A stretch of 64,000 nt of DNA from a bacterium (GTDB lineage: Bacteria; RBG-13-61-14; DATKZS01): assembly GCA_963674965.2 (NCBI GenBank), contig CAXXFL010000002.1, positions 448,001 through 512,000 on the forward strand, read 5' to 3'. The notes below the pieces were generated by a model, which was not told the origin of the DNA, did no database searches, and saw only the letters and a list, made by a program, of their open reading frames with translations. The translations under genes and the position numbers were made by a program. Shown here one piece after another: positions 18,578 through 28,256 of the stretch. The stretch's first letter is position 1. Each line of letters starts with the position of its first letter.

Positions 18578-21121
18578 ATGAGAATGAGGAAGGCAAGATG
18601 GATCGTAATGGGATTGATATTGTCAGCTTCCCTGGTTGTCATGGCTCAGGGAGTTCCGAACATGATCAACTACCAGGGACGGCTGTTCGACGGAACGGGC
18701 CGTCCGGTTGACGACCCGGCCCTGGCCATGGATTTCTCGCTTTGGGACCAGGACGTAACGCCCGAGCAGGTAACCGACGAGACGGTCTATTTGTGGGGCG
18801 AGTCGGTCGTTCCCCTGGCCCATGGCGAGGTGACGGACGCGAGCGAGGTGGTCTCGGGATGGGGCAGCACCGTTTACGAGACCCCCCGCGACTACCTGAT
18901 CGACTACGCGAACGGGACCATCTCCCGGGTGGCCTCGGGCACGATCCCCAACGGCCAGATGGTATACGTGGATTATGAATGGACCGACTACGGGACCGAG
19001 ATATGGAGCGAGACTCAACTGGTGGAGGTGGTCAACGGCCTGTACGAAGTGAAACTGGGCGATTTCGTTCCCCTCGGCTACTCGACCTTTACCGGCTCGA
19101 CCGTATACCTCGAGGTGACGGCCAACCTGGAGATACTCTCGCCGCGCCGGCGTCTGACGTCGGTGGTATTCGCCATGCGGGCCGACGACGCCATGTCGCT
19201 GGGGGGGCATTCCTATTCGGCCTTCTCTCTTGTCGGCCACGGCCACGACTTCGCGGACATCTCCGGCCAGGCCGCGGACGCGCAGGTCCCGGATGACATT
19301 ACCATCGTCTACGCGCAGGACTCTGGACAGCTCGGCGGCCAGGCCCCCGCGGCGTACGTGTCGGCCTCGGGCGACACCGTCACCGGCGCGCTCGAGGTTG
19401 GCCAGGACCTGACGGTGCAGGGCGACGCCGCCGTACTGGGCGGAAACATTGGACTCGGGAGGTCATGGGACTCGGATTACGGGATAGTCAACGGCTTCTC
19501 CGCGGCCCCTCCCCATGGAGCGCGTCTGTACGGGACTAACCATGGAATCATGGGCGCATGGGCCGGAGCTCCTTACAACAACTACGCCTTCCTCGGCTCC
19601 GAGGCGTACGGCGTTTACGGAATGTGCGGGACCTCATCGGACACGGGCAGCAGATACGGAGGGTTATTTCAAGCCACCAGCCCGATCTACGCCATTGGCT
19701 CCATGGCCTACTCCAACGGATACGGCTCCTATCCGTCCATCGGCGTCTATGGCAGCGGTTATAACGCCAGCTCGGGAGAGGCTTACGGAGGATACTTCGA
19801 GACTTCAAACTCGGGCACGGGAACGCATTACGGGGTCTTCGCCGGAGTTCAGGACGATTACGCCGGTTGGTTCCAGGGCGGGCGCGTGCATATAGGAAAC
19901 GCCGGGACCGAGAATTACGTTAACGGCGACGGTGACCTTTACGTGGAGGACGATCTCGAGGTTGACAACAACGCTCGAGTTGCAAACGACGTGTTCGCGG
20001 GAGGCGATATATCCGTTGGAGGAGCGGGCGATATCGGCGGCAACCTGTCGGTAACGGGAGGGGCCACGATCGGAGACAATCTATACGTCGTGGGAGGGGC
20101 CACGGTTGGACAAAACCTATCCGCGGGCGGCGACGTGTACATAGAGGGGACCATCGGCATGGGAATCGCCCCGAGTTCAAGCTATGGGATCAGAAACAAC
20201 GCGGGTTCCGCGCCCTCGACGGGAGCTTATCTTTACGGCACGGGCTCGGGAGTGCAAGGAAGATGGGCAAGCGACCCTAACGACCATCTTGGATACATGG
20301 GCGCCTCAAACCTCGGGGTTTATGGCCGGGCCGGAAATTCCGACGAGACGGGAGAAAGATATGGAGGGCGTTTCGAGGCGCATAGCCAGGGCTATGCTTA
20401 TGGAGTTTCTGGTACCGGCTACGCTTTCGACGCCGGTTACTCATATGGATTGGTAGGAATCGCGTACGCCACGGCCAGCGGCGCCACGGGACCGGCTTAT
20501 GGCGCATATTTAAGGGCTTACGCCAACGGCTCCGCCTATGGTCTTTACGTCGCCAGCGGCACCAAGAACTGGGTCAACCCCGACCCCGAGGACCCGACCA
20601 AGTCCATCGTTTACGCGACCCTCGAGGGCGGCGAGAACGGGACTTACTGGCGCGGCACGGCCAGGCTCGAGAACGGAATGGCCGAGGTCATTTTGCCCGA
20701 CCACTTCCGCAAGACCACCAGCCCCGACTACCCGGTGACGGTCACCCTGGGACTTCTCGGGGACTGCAACGGCATCATGGTGGCCGAAAAAAGCAACGAG
20801 AAGATCGTGGTCAAGGAACTTCGCGGAGGCACGAGCGACGCGGAGTTCGATTTCGTTGTCATGGGAAAAAGACTTGGCTACGAGGAATACGAGCCCATAA
20901 TCGACAACGTGGATTACGTCCCCTTCCAGGGAAACAACTCGGGCATGGACGAAAGCGATATGACCACCCAGGAATACTACGATAATTACTCCGAGGGCCT
21001 AAAGAAAATCTTCAAAAAGAACGGTATCCTGGACGAGGAAGGAAAAGTCAACGAAAAGCTCTTCGAGGAAAAGGGATGGAAAAACAACAAGGTGAAAATG
21101 CCAAAGGAACAAGAAAGATAA
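18578..21121 (+). CDS. Secreted Gly/Tyr-rich fibre-like protein (INYQGRL module; putative C-terminal chaperone-like domain)
   Basis: ATG 18578 after GGAGGG; signal peptide ending VVMA; YGVYG repeats; C-terminal TKNWVNPDP..LEGGENGTYWRGTARL..AEVILPDHF. Confidence 0.8.
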   Translation: MRMRKARWIVMGLILSASLVVMAQGVPNMINYQGRLFDGTGRPVDDPALAMDFSLWDQDVTPEQVTDETVYLWGESVVPLAHGEVTDASEVVSGWGSTVYETPRDYLIDYANGTISRVASGTIPNGQMVYVDYEWTDYGTEIWSETQLVEVVNGLYEVKLGDFVPLGYSTFTGSTVYLEVTANLEILSPRRRLTSVVFAMRADDAMSLGGHSYSAFSLVGHGHDFADISGQAADAQVPDDITIVYAQDSGQLGGQAPAAYVSASGDTVTGALEVGQDLTVQGDAAVLGGNIGLGRSWDSDYGIVNGFSAAPPHGARLYGTNHGIMGAWAGAPYNNYAFLGSEAYGVYGMCGTSSDTGSRYGGLFQATSPIYAIGSMAYSNGYGSYPSIGVYGSGYNASSGEAYGGYFETSNSGTGTHYGVFAGVQDDYAGWFQGGRVHIGNAGTENYVNGDGDLYVEDDLEVDNNARVANDVFAGGDISVGGAGDIGGNLSVTGGATIGDNLYVVGGATVGQNLSAGGDVYIEGTIGMGIAPSSSYGIRNNAGSAPSTGAYLYGTGSGVQGRWASDPNDHLGYMGASNLGVYGRAGNSDETGERYGGRFEAHSQGYAYGVSGTGYAFDAGYSYGLVGIAYATASGATGPAYGAYLRAYANGSAYGLYVASGTKNWVNPDPEDPTKSIVYATLEGGENGTYWRGTARLENGMAEVILPDHFRKTTSPDYPVTVTLGLLGDCNGIMVAEKSNEKIVVKELRGGTSDAEFDFVVMGKRLGYEEYEPIIDNVDYVPFQGNNSGMDESDMTTQEYYDNYSEGLKKIFKKNGILDEEGKVNEKLFEEKGWKNNKVKMPKEQER

Positions 21122-21133
21122 AGAGCATATTAT

Positions 21134-21155
21134 GGCGCTCTCCGGGGCGCCTTTT
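21134..21155 (+). terminator. Rho-independent terminator
   Basis: GGCGCTC-TCCG-GGGCGCC-TTTT, 13 nt after the stop. Confidence 0.7.
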
Positions 21156-21478
21156 CATTTGCATTGTGATATCGAGAGGATTGCCGCGGGCGTAATCTTC
21201 CCGAGAGGCGCGAATAATGATCGGACTTCATTTTCTTGTTAAATCGATCGCCTTATGGTAATCTTTAATCTGGTAAACGGGGATTCTTACCGACAGGGCC
21301 GGAAATAAATCTTAGCATCTCTTCATCTCAGGGTTCCACGGGTATTCTTGATTTTCATCTTTTGTTTGTATTCCCGCTTATTGCTTTTCAATTCGGGCGG
21401 ATAAAGCGAAGGATTTCATTCAAGGCTTTGATGGATGAAAGATTGTTTGCACGCTTTTTTTAGAAAGGGGAAGAAAAG

Positions 21479-24424
21479 ATGAAAGGGACAAGATGGATAA
21501 TTTTGGCGTTATTCCTGACCGCCTCGGCGGCCGTCATGGCCCAGACCGTTCCGGGCATGATCAACTACCAGGGGCGTCTTTTCGATGGGACCGGCCAGCC
21601 GGTGAACGAAGCGGCCCTGGCCATGGACTTTTCTTTATGGGACAAGGGGGTGACCCTGGAGGACGTGACGGATGAGATAGCCGTCATGAACGGAGCCTCG
21701 GCCATATCCCTGGCTCACCGGGACATTACCGACGGGAGCGAGGTCGTGACCGCGGTTGGCGGCTCTCCCACTTATGAGTCGCCTCGCGACTACTTGATGG
21801 ATTACGCTAATGGGACCATTACGAGAGTGGCGAGCGGCTTTATCCTTGACGGCCAGTCGGTGGAAGTCGATTACGAATGGACGGACTTTGGAAGCGAGAT
21901 ATGGAGCGAGACCCAGGCGGTCGAGGTTGTAAACGGGCTTTACCAGGTCCGGCTTGGGGAGTACTCCGCCCTTGAGGCCTCCCTCCTTTCCAGTTCGACC
22001 ATATACCTCGAGGTCGAGGCTAACATGGAAGTCCTCTCGCCCAGGCAGCGGCTTACGTCGGTCCCCTTCGCCATGAAGGCCGACGAGGCCCTCACCCTTG
22101 ACGGCCATTCCCTTTCGGCCTTTTCCCTGGTCGGGCATACCCACAATTTCACGGAGATTTTCGGACAGGCCACGGACGCGCAAATACCTGATAATATTAC
22201 TGTCGTCTACGCCCAGGACTCGGGCCAACTCGGCGGCCAGGCGCCGGCGGCTTACGTTTCATCCTCGGGCGACACCATCACCGGGCCCCTTGACGTGGGC
22301 GGCGAGGTAAACCTTGGCCATGACCTTATCGTGCAGGGCGACGCGTCCATCCTGGGCGGGAACATCGGCCTTGGACGGGAATGGCACTCGAACGTCGGTA
22401 TTATAAACGAGCAGACCACCGCTCCCACCCACGGCGCGCTCTTGTACGGGACAAGCTACGGAGTTTACGGAAACCTGGCGAGCGACCCGAGCAATCATTA
22501 CGGGTTCCTGGGTTCCTCTTCATACGGCGCCTTCGGCAGGAGCGGCGCCTCGACCGAGACTTCCTCTCAATATGGAGGGTTTTTCCAGGGGAGCGGGCAG
22601 TCCAACGTTTACGGCGCGTACGGCGGTTCCTACGGTTACGGCCCCGGCAATTCTTATGGCGTCTATGGCTATGGTTACAACGATGGCTCCGGCAACGCCT
22701 ATGGCGGATACTTCTCCATGTCGGACGCGGGCACGGGCACGCATTACGGCGTGTTCGCCAGCGTTAACCACGATTACGCCGCCTGGTTCCAGGGCGGCCG
22801 CGTTCACGTTGGCACCTACGGTACCGAGGATTACGTTGACGGCGACGGGGACCTTTACGTGGAGGACGACCTCGAGGTCGACAACAACCTTCTCTTGGCC
22901 AACGACGCGTATATAGGGAATTATTTGTCCGTCGGAGACGACGCCTACATAATAGGCGGCAACCTGGGCCTGGGAACGACCCCGGACTCCGCGGTGGGCA
23001 TATATAACAGCGTGTCAACGGCCCCTTATTATGGAGCGTTGATATATGGAAGCGCCTATGGAGTATGGGGGGCCCTGGCCTCCGATCCCTACGACCATTA
23101 CGGACAAATGGGCTCCGTGACCTACGGAGTTTACGGCCGGTGCGGCGCCTCGGACGAGACGGGGTTCAGGTCCGGCGGCCGGTTTTACGCCTATAGCCAG
23201 GATACCCCTTATGGAGTGTACAGCGCGGCCTACGGATACGGAAGCGCCGACGCCTACGCCGTCAGGGGAAGCGTGACCAACTATGACGAGGGAGACGCTT
23301 ACGGAGGATATTTCTCCTCCTCCAACTACGGCGGCGGAGACAAATACGGCGCCTACGGCTACGCCGCCGGGGACTCTGCCAACGTGACCGCCTACGGCTT
23401 GTATGGCCGCGGCTCCAATTCCACTGGCCCAGCTTATGGAGTGTATGGCTTGGGGTACTCGGCGGGCGACTATGCTTATGGGGGATACTTCACCACGGGA
23501 ACGAACACCAATGGTAACAATTGCGGCCTATACGCGGAATCGGCCGAAACCCCACTTTACGCCGCCTTGAGCACGGACAAGTACGACCATTACGCTCTTT
23601 TAGGGACCGTTTCGTATGGAGTATACTCGACGTGCGGCAATTCCGACGAGACCTCGACCAGGTATGGCGTTCGCGCGTCCAGCTTCAGTCAGGAGGCAAG
23701 CTATGGCGTGTACTCGACGAGTTATGGCTATGGAAGCGGCTCGGCTTATGGAATCAGGGCGGTGGGAGACGCCGACGACTCGGGCGCCGCGGGCAACGGT
23801 TATGGGGCCTATCTAGCGGCCTATAGCAACGCCTCGGCCTATGGCCTTTACGTTACCGCCGGCACCAAGAGTTGGGTCAACCCCGACCCCGAGGACCCGA
23901 CCAAGTCCATCGTTTACGCCACCCTCGAGGGCGGCGAGAACGGGACTTACTGGCGCGGAACGGCCAGGCTCGAGAACGGAATGGCCGAGGTGATAATGCC
24001 CGACCACTTCCGCAAGACTACCAGTCCCGATTATCCGGTCACGGTCGCCTTGGGGGCCTTGGGGGAATGCAACGGCCTTATGGTGGCCGAGAAAAGCAAC
24101 GAGAAGATTATTGTCAAGGAATTTCACGGCGGCACGAGCAACGCGGAGTTCGATTTCATAATCATGGGTAAAAGGCGCGGATACGAGAATTACGATCCCA
24201 TGATCGAAAACGTGGATTACGTCCCCTTCGAGGGCAACAACGCGGACATGGACGAAAGCGACATGACCACTCAGGAGTTCTACGACAAGCACCCAGAGGG
24301 AGTAAAGGAACTGTTCAAGCAAAGCGGTATCCTGGATAAGGAAGGCAAGGTAAACGACAAGCTCTTCGAGAAAAACGGATGGAAAATCAACAAGGAGAAA
24401 AAGCCCAAGGAAGAGAGGCCTTAA
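21479..24424 (+). CDS. Paralogous secreted Gly/Tyr-rich fibre-like protein, 981 aa
   Basis: Same architecture as 18578..21121; shared GDGDLYVEDDLEVDNN and C-terminal domain. Confidence 0.82.
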   Translation: MKGTRWIILALFLTASAAVMAQTVPGMINYQGRLFDGTGQPVNEAALAMDFSLWDKGVTLEDVTDEIAVMNGASAISLAHRDITDGSEVVTAVGGSPTYESPRDYLMDYANGTITRVASGFILDGQSVEVDYEWTDFGSEIWSETQAVEVVNGLYQVRLGEYSALEASLLSSSTIYLEVEANMEVLSPRQRLTSVPFAMKADEALTLDGHSLSAFSLVGHTHNFTEIFGQATDAQIPDNITVVYAQDSGQLGGQAPAAYVSSSGDTITGPLDVGGEVNLGHDLIVQGDASILGGNIGLGREWHSNVGIINEQTTAPTHGALLYGTSYGVYGNLASDPSNHYGFLGSSSYGAFGRSGASTETSSQYGGFFQGSGQSNVYGAYGGSYGYGPGNSYGVYGYGYNDGSGNAYGGYFSMSDAGTGTHYGVFASVNHDYAAWFQGGRVHVGTYGTEDYVDGDGDLYVEDDLEVDNNLLLANDAYIGNYLSVGDDAYIIGGNLGLGTTPDSAVGIYNSVSTAPYYGALIYGSAYGVWGALASDPYDHYGQMGSVTYGVYGRCGASDETGFRSGGRFYAYSQDTPYGVYSAAYGYGSADAYAVRGSVTNYDEGDAYGGYFSSSNYGGGDKYGAYGYAAGDSANVTAYGLYGRGSNSTGPAYGVYGLGYSAGDYAYGGYFTTGTNTNGNNCGLYAESAETPLYAALSTDKYDHYALLGTVSYGVYSTCGNSDETSTRYGVRASSFSQEASYGVYSTSYGYGSGSAYGIRAVGDADDSGAAGNGYGAYLAAYSNASAYGLYVTAGTKSWVNPDPEDPTKSIVYATLEGGENGTYWRGTARLENGMAEVIMPDHFRKTTSPDYPVTVALGALGECNGLMVAEKSNEKIIVKEFHGGTSNAEFDFIIMGKRRGYENYDPMIENVDYVPFEGNNADMDESDMTTQEFYDKHPEGVKELFKQSGILDKEGKVNDKLFEKNGWKINKEKKPKEERP

Positions 24425-24445
24425 GCGGGAAACAAACGAACTGTT

Positions 24446-24485
24446 CCGGCGGCTCGGGCTTATAGTCTCGGGCCGCCGGTTTTTT
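24446..24485 (+). terminator. Rho-independent terminator
   Basis: CCGGCGGCTCG...CGGGCCGCCGG followed by TTTTTT. Confidence 0.75.
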
Positions 24486-24524
24486 GTCCAGGCGGGGACA
24501 AAAAGACGACGTATGCCCCGGCGA

Positions 24525-24947
24525 TCAGAGCGCGCACCTTCCCTTGCAGCCGCAGTTGTACCTGTCCTCATAGCAGGAATAAGCCTGCGTCAGGTTGTCG
24601 AACTCGCCCAGGTACTCGGCCAGGGCGTCCTGAAGGCGGTCAAACCTCTTGAACTCTTCCCTCGCCGCGCTCTGCAGGACCAGAAGCTGAGCCGGCACCG
24701 GCGGGCCCTTGATCACCCGGATATAGAAATCCGCCGCCATTTCGGGCTCGCCCAGAGCGCGGATGGCCCGAAGAAGACCCCCAAGCGCCGCGCCCGCAAG
24801 ACCCGGATCGTAAGCGCCTATCAATGCCTCGGTCAGATCGGACCGGCTCTTTTTCTTAAGCTCCGCAATCTCGCCCCCGCTCATGCCCAGCGCCTTAAGG
24901 CCATTCCAGGCCTCTTTCCGGGCCACGTCTTTCTTTTCGCTCATCAT
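24525..24947 (-). CDS. Hypothetical protein with C-terminal Cys cluster
   Basis: 140 aa, GAGG upstream, ends SCYEDRYNCGCKGRCAL. Confidence 0.6.
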   Translation of the reverse strand: MMSEKKDVARKEAWNGLKALGMSGGEIAELKKKSRSDLTEALIGAYDPGLAGAALGGLLRAIRALGEPEMAADFYIRVIKGPPVPAQLLVLQSAAREEFKRFDRLQDALAEYLGEFDNLTQAYSCYEDRYNCGCKGRCAL

Positions 24948-25366
24948 TTCCTCACTCGATTCCTTTTACTTACAATATAAGCAGGCAACCGGCGGGGCGC
25001 AAGCGTGAAAAATCACGCGATAAAATTATAGGCTCCTCACGCAAATATGTGGGTGAATTCCGGCATGGGGGCAGTTGGACTGGGCAATGTAATTGCATCA
25101 GAGTGAACCATTTTTCGCTCCTGTACAGCCCTTTGGAAACTCTCCTGGAAAAAAGAGTTGGCATCTGGAAAAACAAACTGTTAAATTGGTTCATGTCTCC
25201 CTGCGGCTGTGTTTGATATTTTATCGCAACATTTATCATAACCTAAGCCGAGGGACATAAAATCTCTTCAACCTAACATTCGTTTTTGACAAGATTGAGA
25301 GGAGTTCATGGAATTAAAAAGCATATTCGTCTCGCGCCATCATCGGGGAAGGTGGAGGGCGTTGCT

Positions 25367-26527
25367 TTGAAAATGACTCGTGTCGCGATTCCATTGACGG
25401 TCACTTTCATCCTTGCGGGGCTTTTTATCCCCGCGGCCGGGGTCGGCGAGGATAGGGGCGATATAGATGAATTCACGGCCTGGCTAGACTCGCGCTTGCC
25501 GATGAAGCTCAAAGTATACGGCGTGCCCGGAGCGGCCGTGGCGCTAACGCGAAACGGAGAAGTCGCGTGGTCCAATGGCTACGGGCTGGCGGACAAGAAG
25601 AGCGGGGAAAGGGTTACGGCCGACACGCTCTTTCAGATGGCGTCCATTTCAAAGCCCGTGTCCGCGTGGGGGGTCATGCGTCTGGTGGAGAGCGGCAAAA
25701 TATCCTTGGACGACCCCATTGAAAAATACCTGACCCGGTGGCGTCTTCCATCTTCCAGGTATGATCACTCGGGAGTGACCGTCAAAAGAGTCCTGAGCCA
25801 TACGGCCGGGCTTTCACTGCACGGGTATCCCGGGTATTCTCCTTCCCGGCCCTTGCCCTCGATCACGGACTCCCTGTCGGGAATAGGAACTCCCACCGGT
25901 CCCGTTCGAGTTAAAAAGGAGCCAGGCTCCGGCTTCAGCTATTCAGGAGGCGGCTTTACCGCGTTGCAACTGGTCATGGAAGAAGTCAGCGGCGATGATT
26001 TCGCGGCGTACATGAAGCGCGAGATACTGGACCCCCTTGGCATGTCGTCAAGCGGTTTTGGCGTTCCGGAGAACGAAGCCGCTATGGCCGCGCCCTACAA
26101 CTTGCTTGGCGCCAGGATCCCTAAATACCGCTTCACCGAACTGGCGGCGGCCGGGTTATACTCGAGCGCCAACGACATGGCCAGGTTCGTGGCCGCGATG
26201 ACGCCGGGTCCTAATGGCGAGCAAGCCGGCAGGGCGGTGATTACGCCCGATTCGATCAGGTTGATGACGACTCCTTCTCCCGAGTCCGACGATTTGTACG
26301 GGCTTGGCTATTTCATTCGGGACCAAAAGGGCGTCGAACGCATCGCGCTCCATGGCGGCTCGAACCGCGGATACCAGTCGTTAATCGCCGTGATCCTGGA
26401 GGACGGTCTGGGACTGGTCGTGTTAACCAATGGCGACTCGGGCTCCATCCTGGCCCTGCATATCATGGACAAGTGGATCAAGTGGTCGCTAGGATCACGA
26501 GGTTTTAAAACGCCTGGCTCACCATAA
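25367..26527 (+). CDS. Serine hydrolase, beta-lactamase class C/AmpC-like family, exported
   Basis: FQMASISK (SxxK), VLSHTAGL, FSYSGGG, HGGSNRG; start TTG 25367 or ATG 25373. Confidence 0.9.
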   Translation: MKMTRVAIPLTVTFILAGLFIPAAGVGEDRGDIDEFTAWLDSRLPMKLKVYGVPGAAVALTRNGEVAWSNGYGLADKKSGERVTADTLFQMASISKPVSAWGVMRLVESGKISLDDPIEKYLTRWRLPSSRYDHSGVTVKRVLSHTAGLSLHGYPGYSPSRPLPSITDSLSGIGTPTGPVRVKKEPGSGFSYSGGGFTALQLVMEEVSGDDFAAYMKREILDPLGMSSSGFGVPENEAAMAAPYNLLGARIPKYRFTELAAAGLYSSANDMARFVAAMTPGPNGEQAGRAVITPDSIRLMTTPSPESDDLYGLGYFIRDQKGVERIALHGGSNRGYQSLIAVILEDGLGLVVLTNGDSGSILALHIMDKWIKWSLGSRGFKTPGSP

Positions 26528-26751
26528 AAAGCGAAAGATGAAATCGCGGATACATCCAGTCACGACTCCAGTCATTTGGGCCGCTCGCGTCAATATGCTA
26601 ATCAAAATTTCAAAGGAAGATCCAACGGGTAACACGGACAGGTTTCCTTATATCAACTGGCATAGGACCTCGTCGCGTGGTATGGTTTCATTCACGGTGA
26701 AGATGGATCAAAGAAAGACGCCGGCCAATAGCGTATTGAAAGGGTAATCAT

Positions 26752-27741
26752 ATGAAAACTTTGGAGACTTCGGTTACAAGACGGAGGTTTGTCGCCGCGT
26801 CGGCCGCCGCCGGGGTGGTGGCGAGCGCCGGGCTTGGCCGGGCCGGGGCGGGCGAAGGCGGGAGGCATGGGAGGATGAAGCCGAGGGATTTTCTTTATGC
26901 GCCGGATTTCGAGCCGGGGTCGGCCCTGGCGGCAAATGAAATCTCCGTCAGATGGTTCGGGTGCGCCAATTACAGGATCGAGCACGCGGGCAAGGTCCTC
27001 TGGATCGACCCTTACCTTAGCCGTCATACTCCCCGGGAGATGGCCTTCGGCCACGTCGAGCCCAAGCCCGGGGAGGTGGACGCTTACCTGGACCGGGCCG
27101 ACTATATCGCCCTCGGCCACAGCCATTACGACCACGCGGCGGACCTTCCCTACATCGTGCCCAAGACCGGCGCCATGGTTTATGGGGACAAGTCGGTGGG
27201 TAACCTCTTCACCGCCCGCGACCTGCCCCGGGACCGGTTCCACGAGATTTCCGGCGGCTCGGCGGTACAAGCCGGTCCTTTCAGGATCGCCTTTATAAAG
27301 AGCGTGCACGGGAAGGTATTGGGACGGGTCCCCGGCGACCGCGACATTTCTCCCGAGGCCAGGCCCCCCTTCAAGGTGAGCGATTACGGATGCGGCGGGG
27401 TGTACGGCATTATCGTGGAGGCGGCCGGCTATAAAATATACCATCAGGGCAGCGGCGGCCTGGTGGAGGAGAACCTGAAAGGCGCTCGGGCCGACCTTGC
27501 CATCATCGGCATCTCGAGCCGGAGCGGCACGCCGAGGATGGTCTACAAGGTGGTGAAGGAGCTACAGCCCCGGGTCGTCATGCCCACCCATTACGACATG
27601 TTCTTCTCCTCGCTTAAGAAGGGCTTCACGGCCGTGCCCCTTTTGAAATTCGGGCAAGTGGTGGAGGAGGCCCGGGAGGCCGCGCCGGAGGCCGACCTCA
27701 TCACGCTCCCGCTCCAGGGAGAGTATCGGATACGCGCGTGA
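26752..27741 (+). CDS. Tat-exported MBL-fold metallo-hydrolase
   Basis: TRRRFV twin-arginine signal; IDPYLSR, GHSHYDHAAD, MPTHYD. Confidence 0.88.
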   Translation: MKTLETSVTRRRFVAASAAAGVVASAGLGRAGAGEGGRHGRMKPRDFLYAPDFEPGSALAANEISVRWFGCANYRIEHAGKVLWIDPYLSRHTPREMAFGHVEPKPGEVDAYLDRADYIALGHSHYDHAADLPYIVPKTGAMVYGDKSVGNLFTARDLPRDRFHEISGGSAVQAGPFRIAFIKSVHGKVLGRVPGDRDISPEARPPFKVSDYGCGGVYGIIVEAAGYKIYHQGSGGLVEENLKGARADLAIIGISSRSGTPRMVYKVVKELQPRVVMPTHYDMFFSSLKKGFTAVPLLKFGQVVEEAREAAPEADLITLPLQGEYRIRA

Positions 27742-27899
27742 TTTGAGAATAATTTTGGGCGGACGCGGTACCGGCGCGGCCTTCTCGAAACCTCGCTGGC
27801 CGCGTGCATCTAGCGGGTAGTATCCGCTCCCGAACGATGCTAAACTCCCGATAAAAGCGGGCGACAAGATTTTCTTTTGCGAGAGAGGTTACGGATAAA

Positions 27900-28169
27900 T
27901 TGACCAAAGACCGAGACGAGGCCAGGCCGCCGGCGGGCGTGTGCCTGGCCAACGAGCAGACCATCCTGGCCAACGAGCGCACCCTGCTGGCCTATCTGAG
28001 GACCATGATGACCTTCTTTATCGCCGGGGTTACCTTCATCAAGTTCTTCGGCCATCCCGCCCTCACCATCGTGGGATGGGCTTTTATTCCCGTCTCCCTC
28101 ATCATCCTCGGGGTCGGGATCGTAAGCTACCTGGTCCGAAAGAGGGCCATCGAAAAAGCCGGCAATTAG
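27900..28169 (+). CDS. DUF202 (YidH-like) membrane protein
   Basis: LANERTLLAYLRT signature plus 2 TM helices. Confidence 0.85.
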   Translation: MTKDRDEARPPAGVCLANEQTILANERTLLAYLRTMMTFFIAGVTFIKFFGHPALTIVGWAFIPVSLIILGVGIVSYLVRKRAIEKAGN

Positions 28170-28256
28170 TCTTATAAAGTTGCATGGCCGGGAAGCTAAT
28201 CCGGTAGGCGGGCCCCAAGAGGTTTCCTCAACTATATAGGCCGCCCACTGGAGGAC

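Noticed and set aside
21156-21478. c-di-GMP riboswitch in the AT-rich leader of the second fibre gene
   Set aside because: I could not find the class I or class II consensus elements
25367-27741. Antibiotic-resistance beta-lactamases
   Set aside because: The motifs support only the broad serine-hydrolase and MBL-fold superfamilies; specificity cannot be inferred
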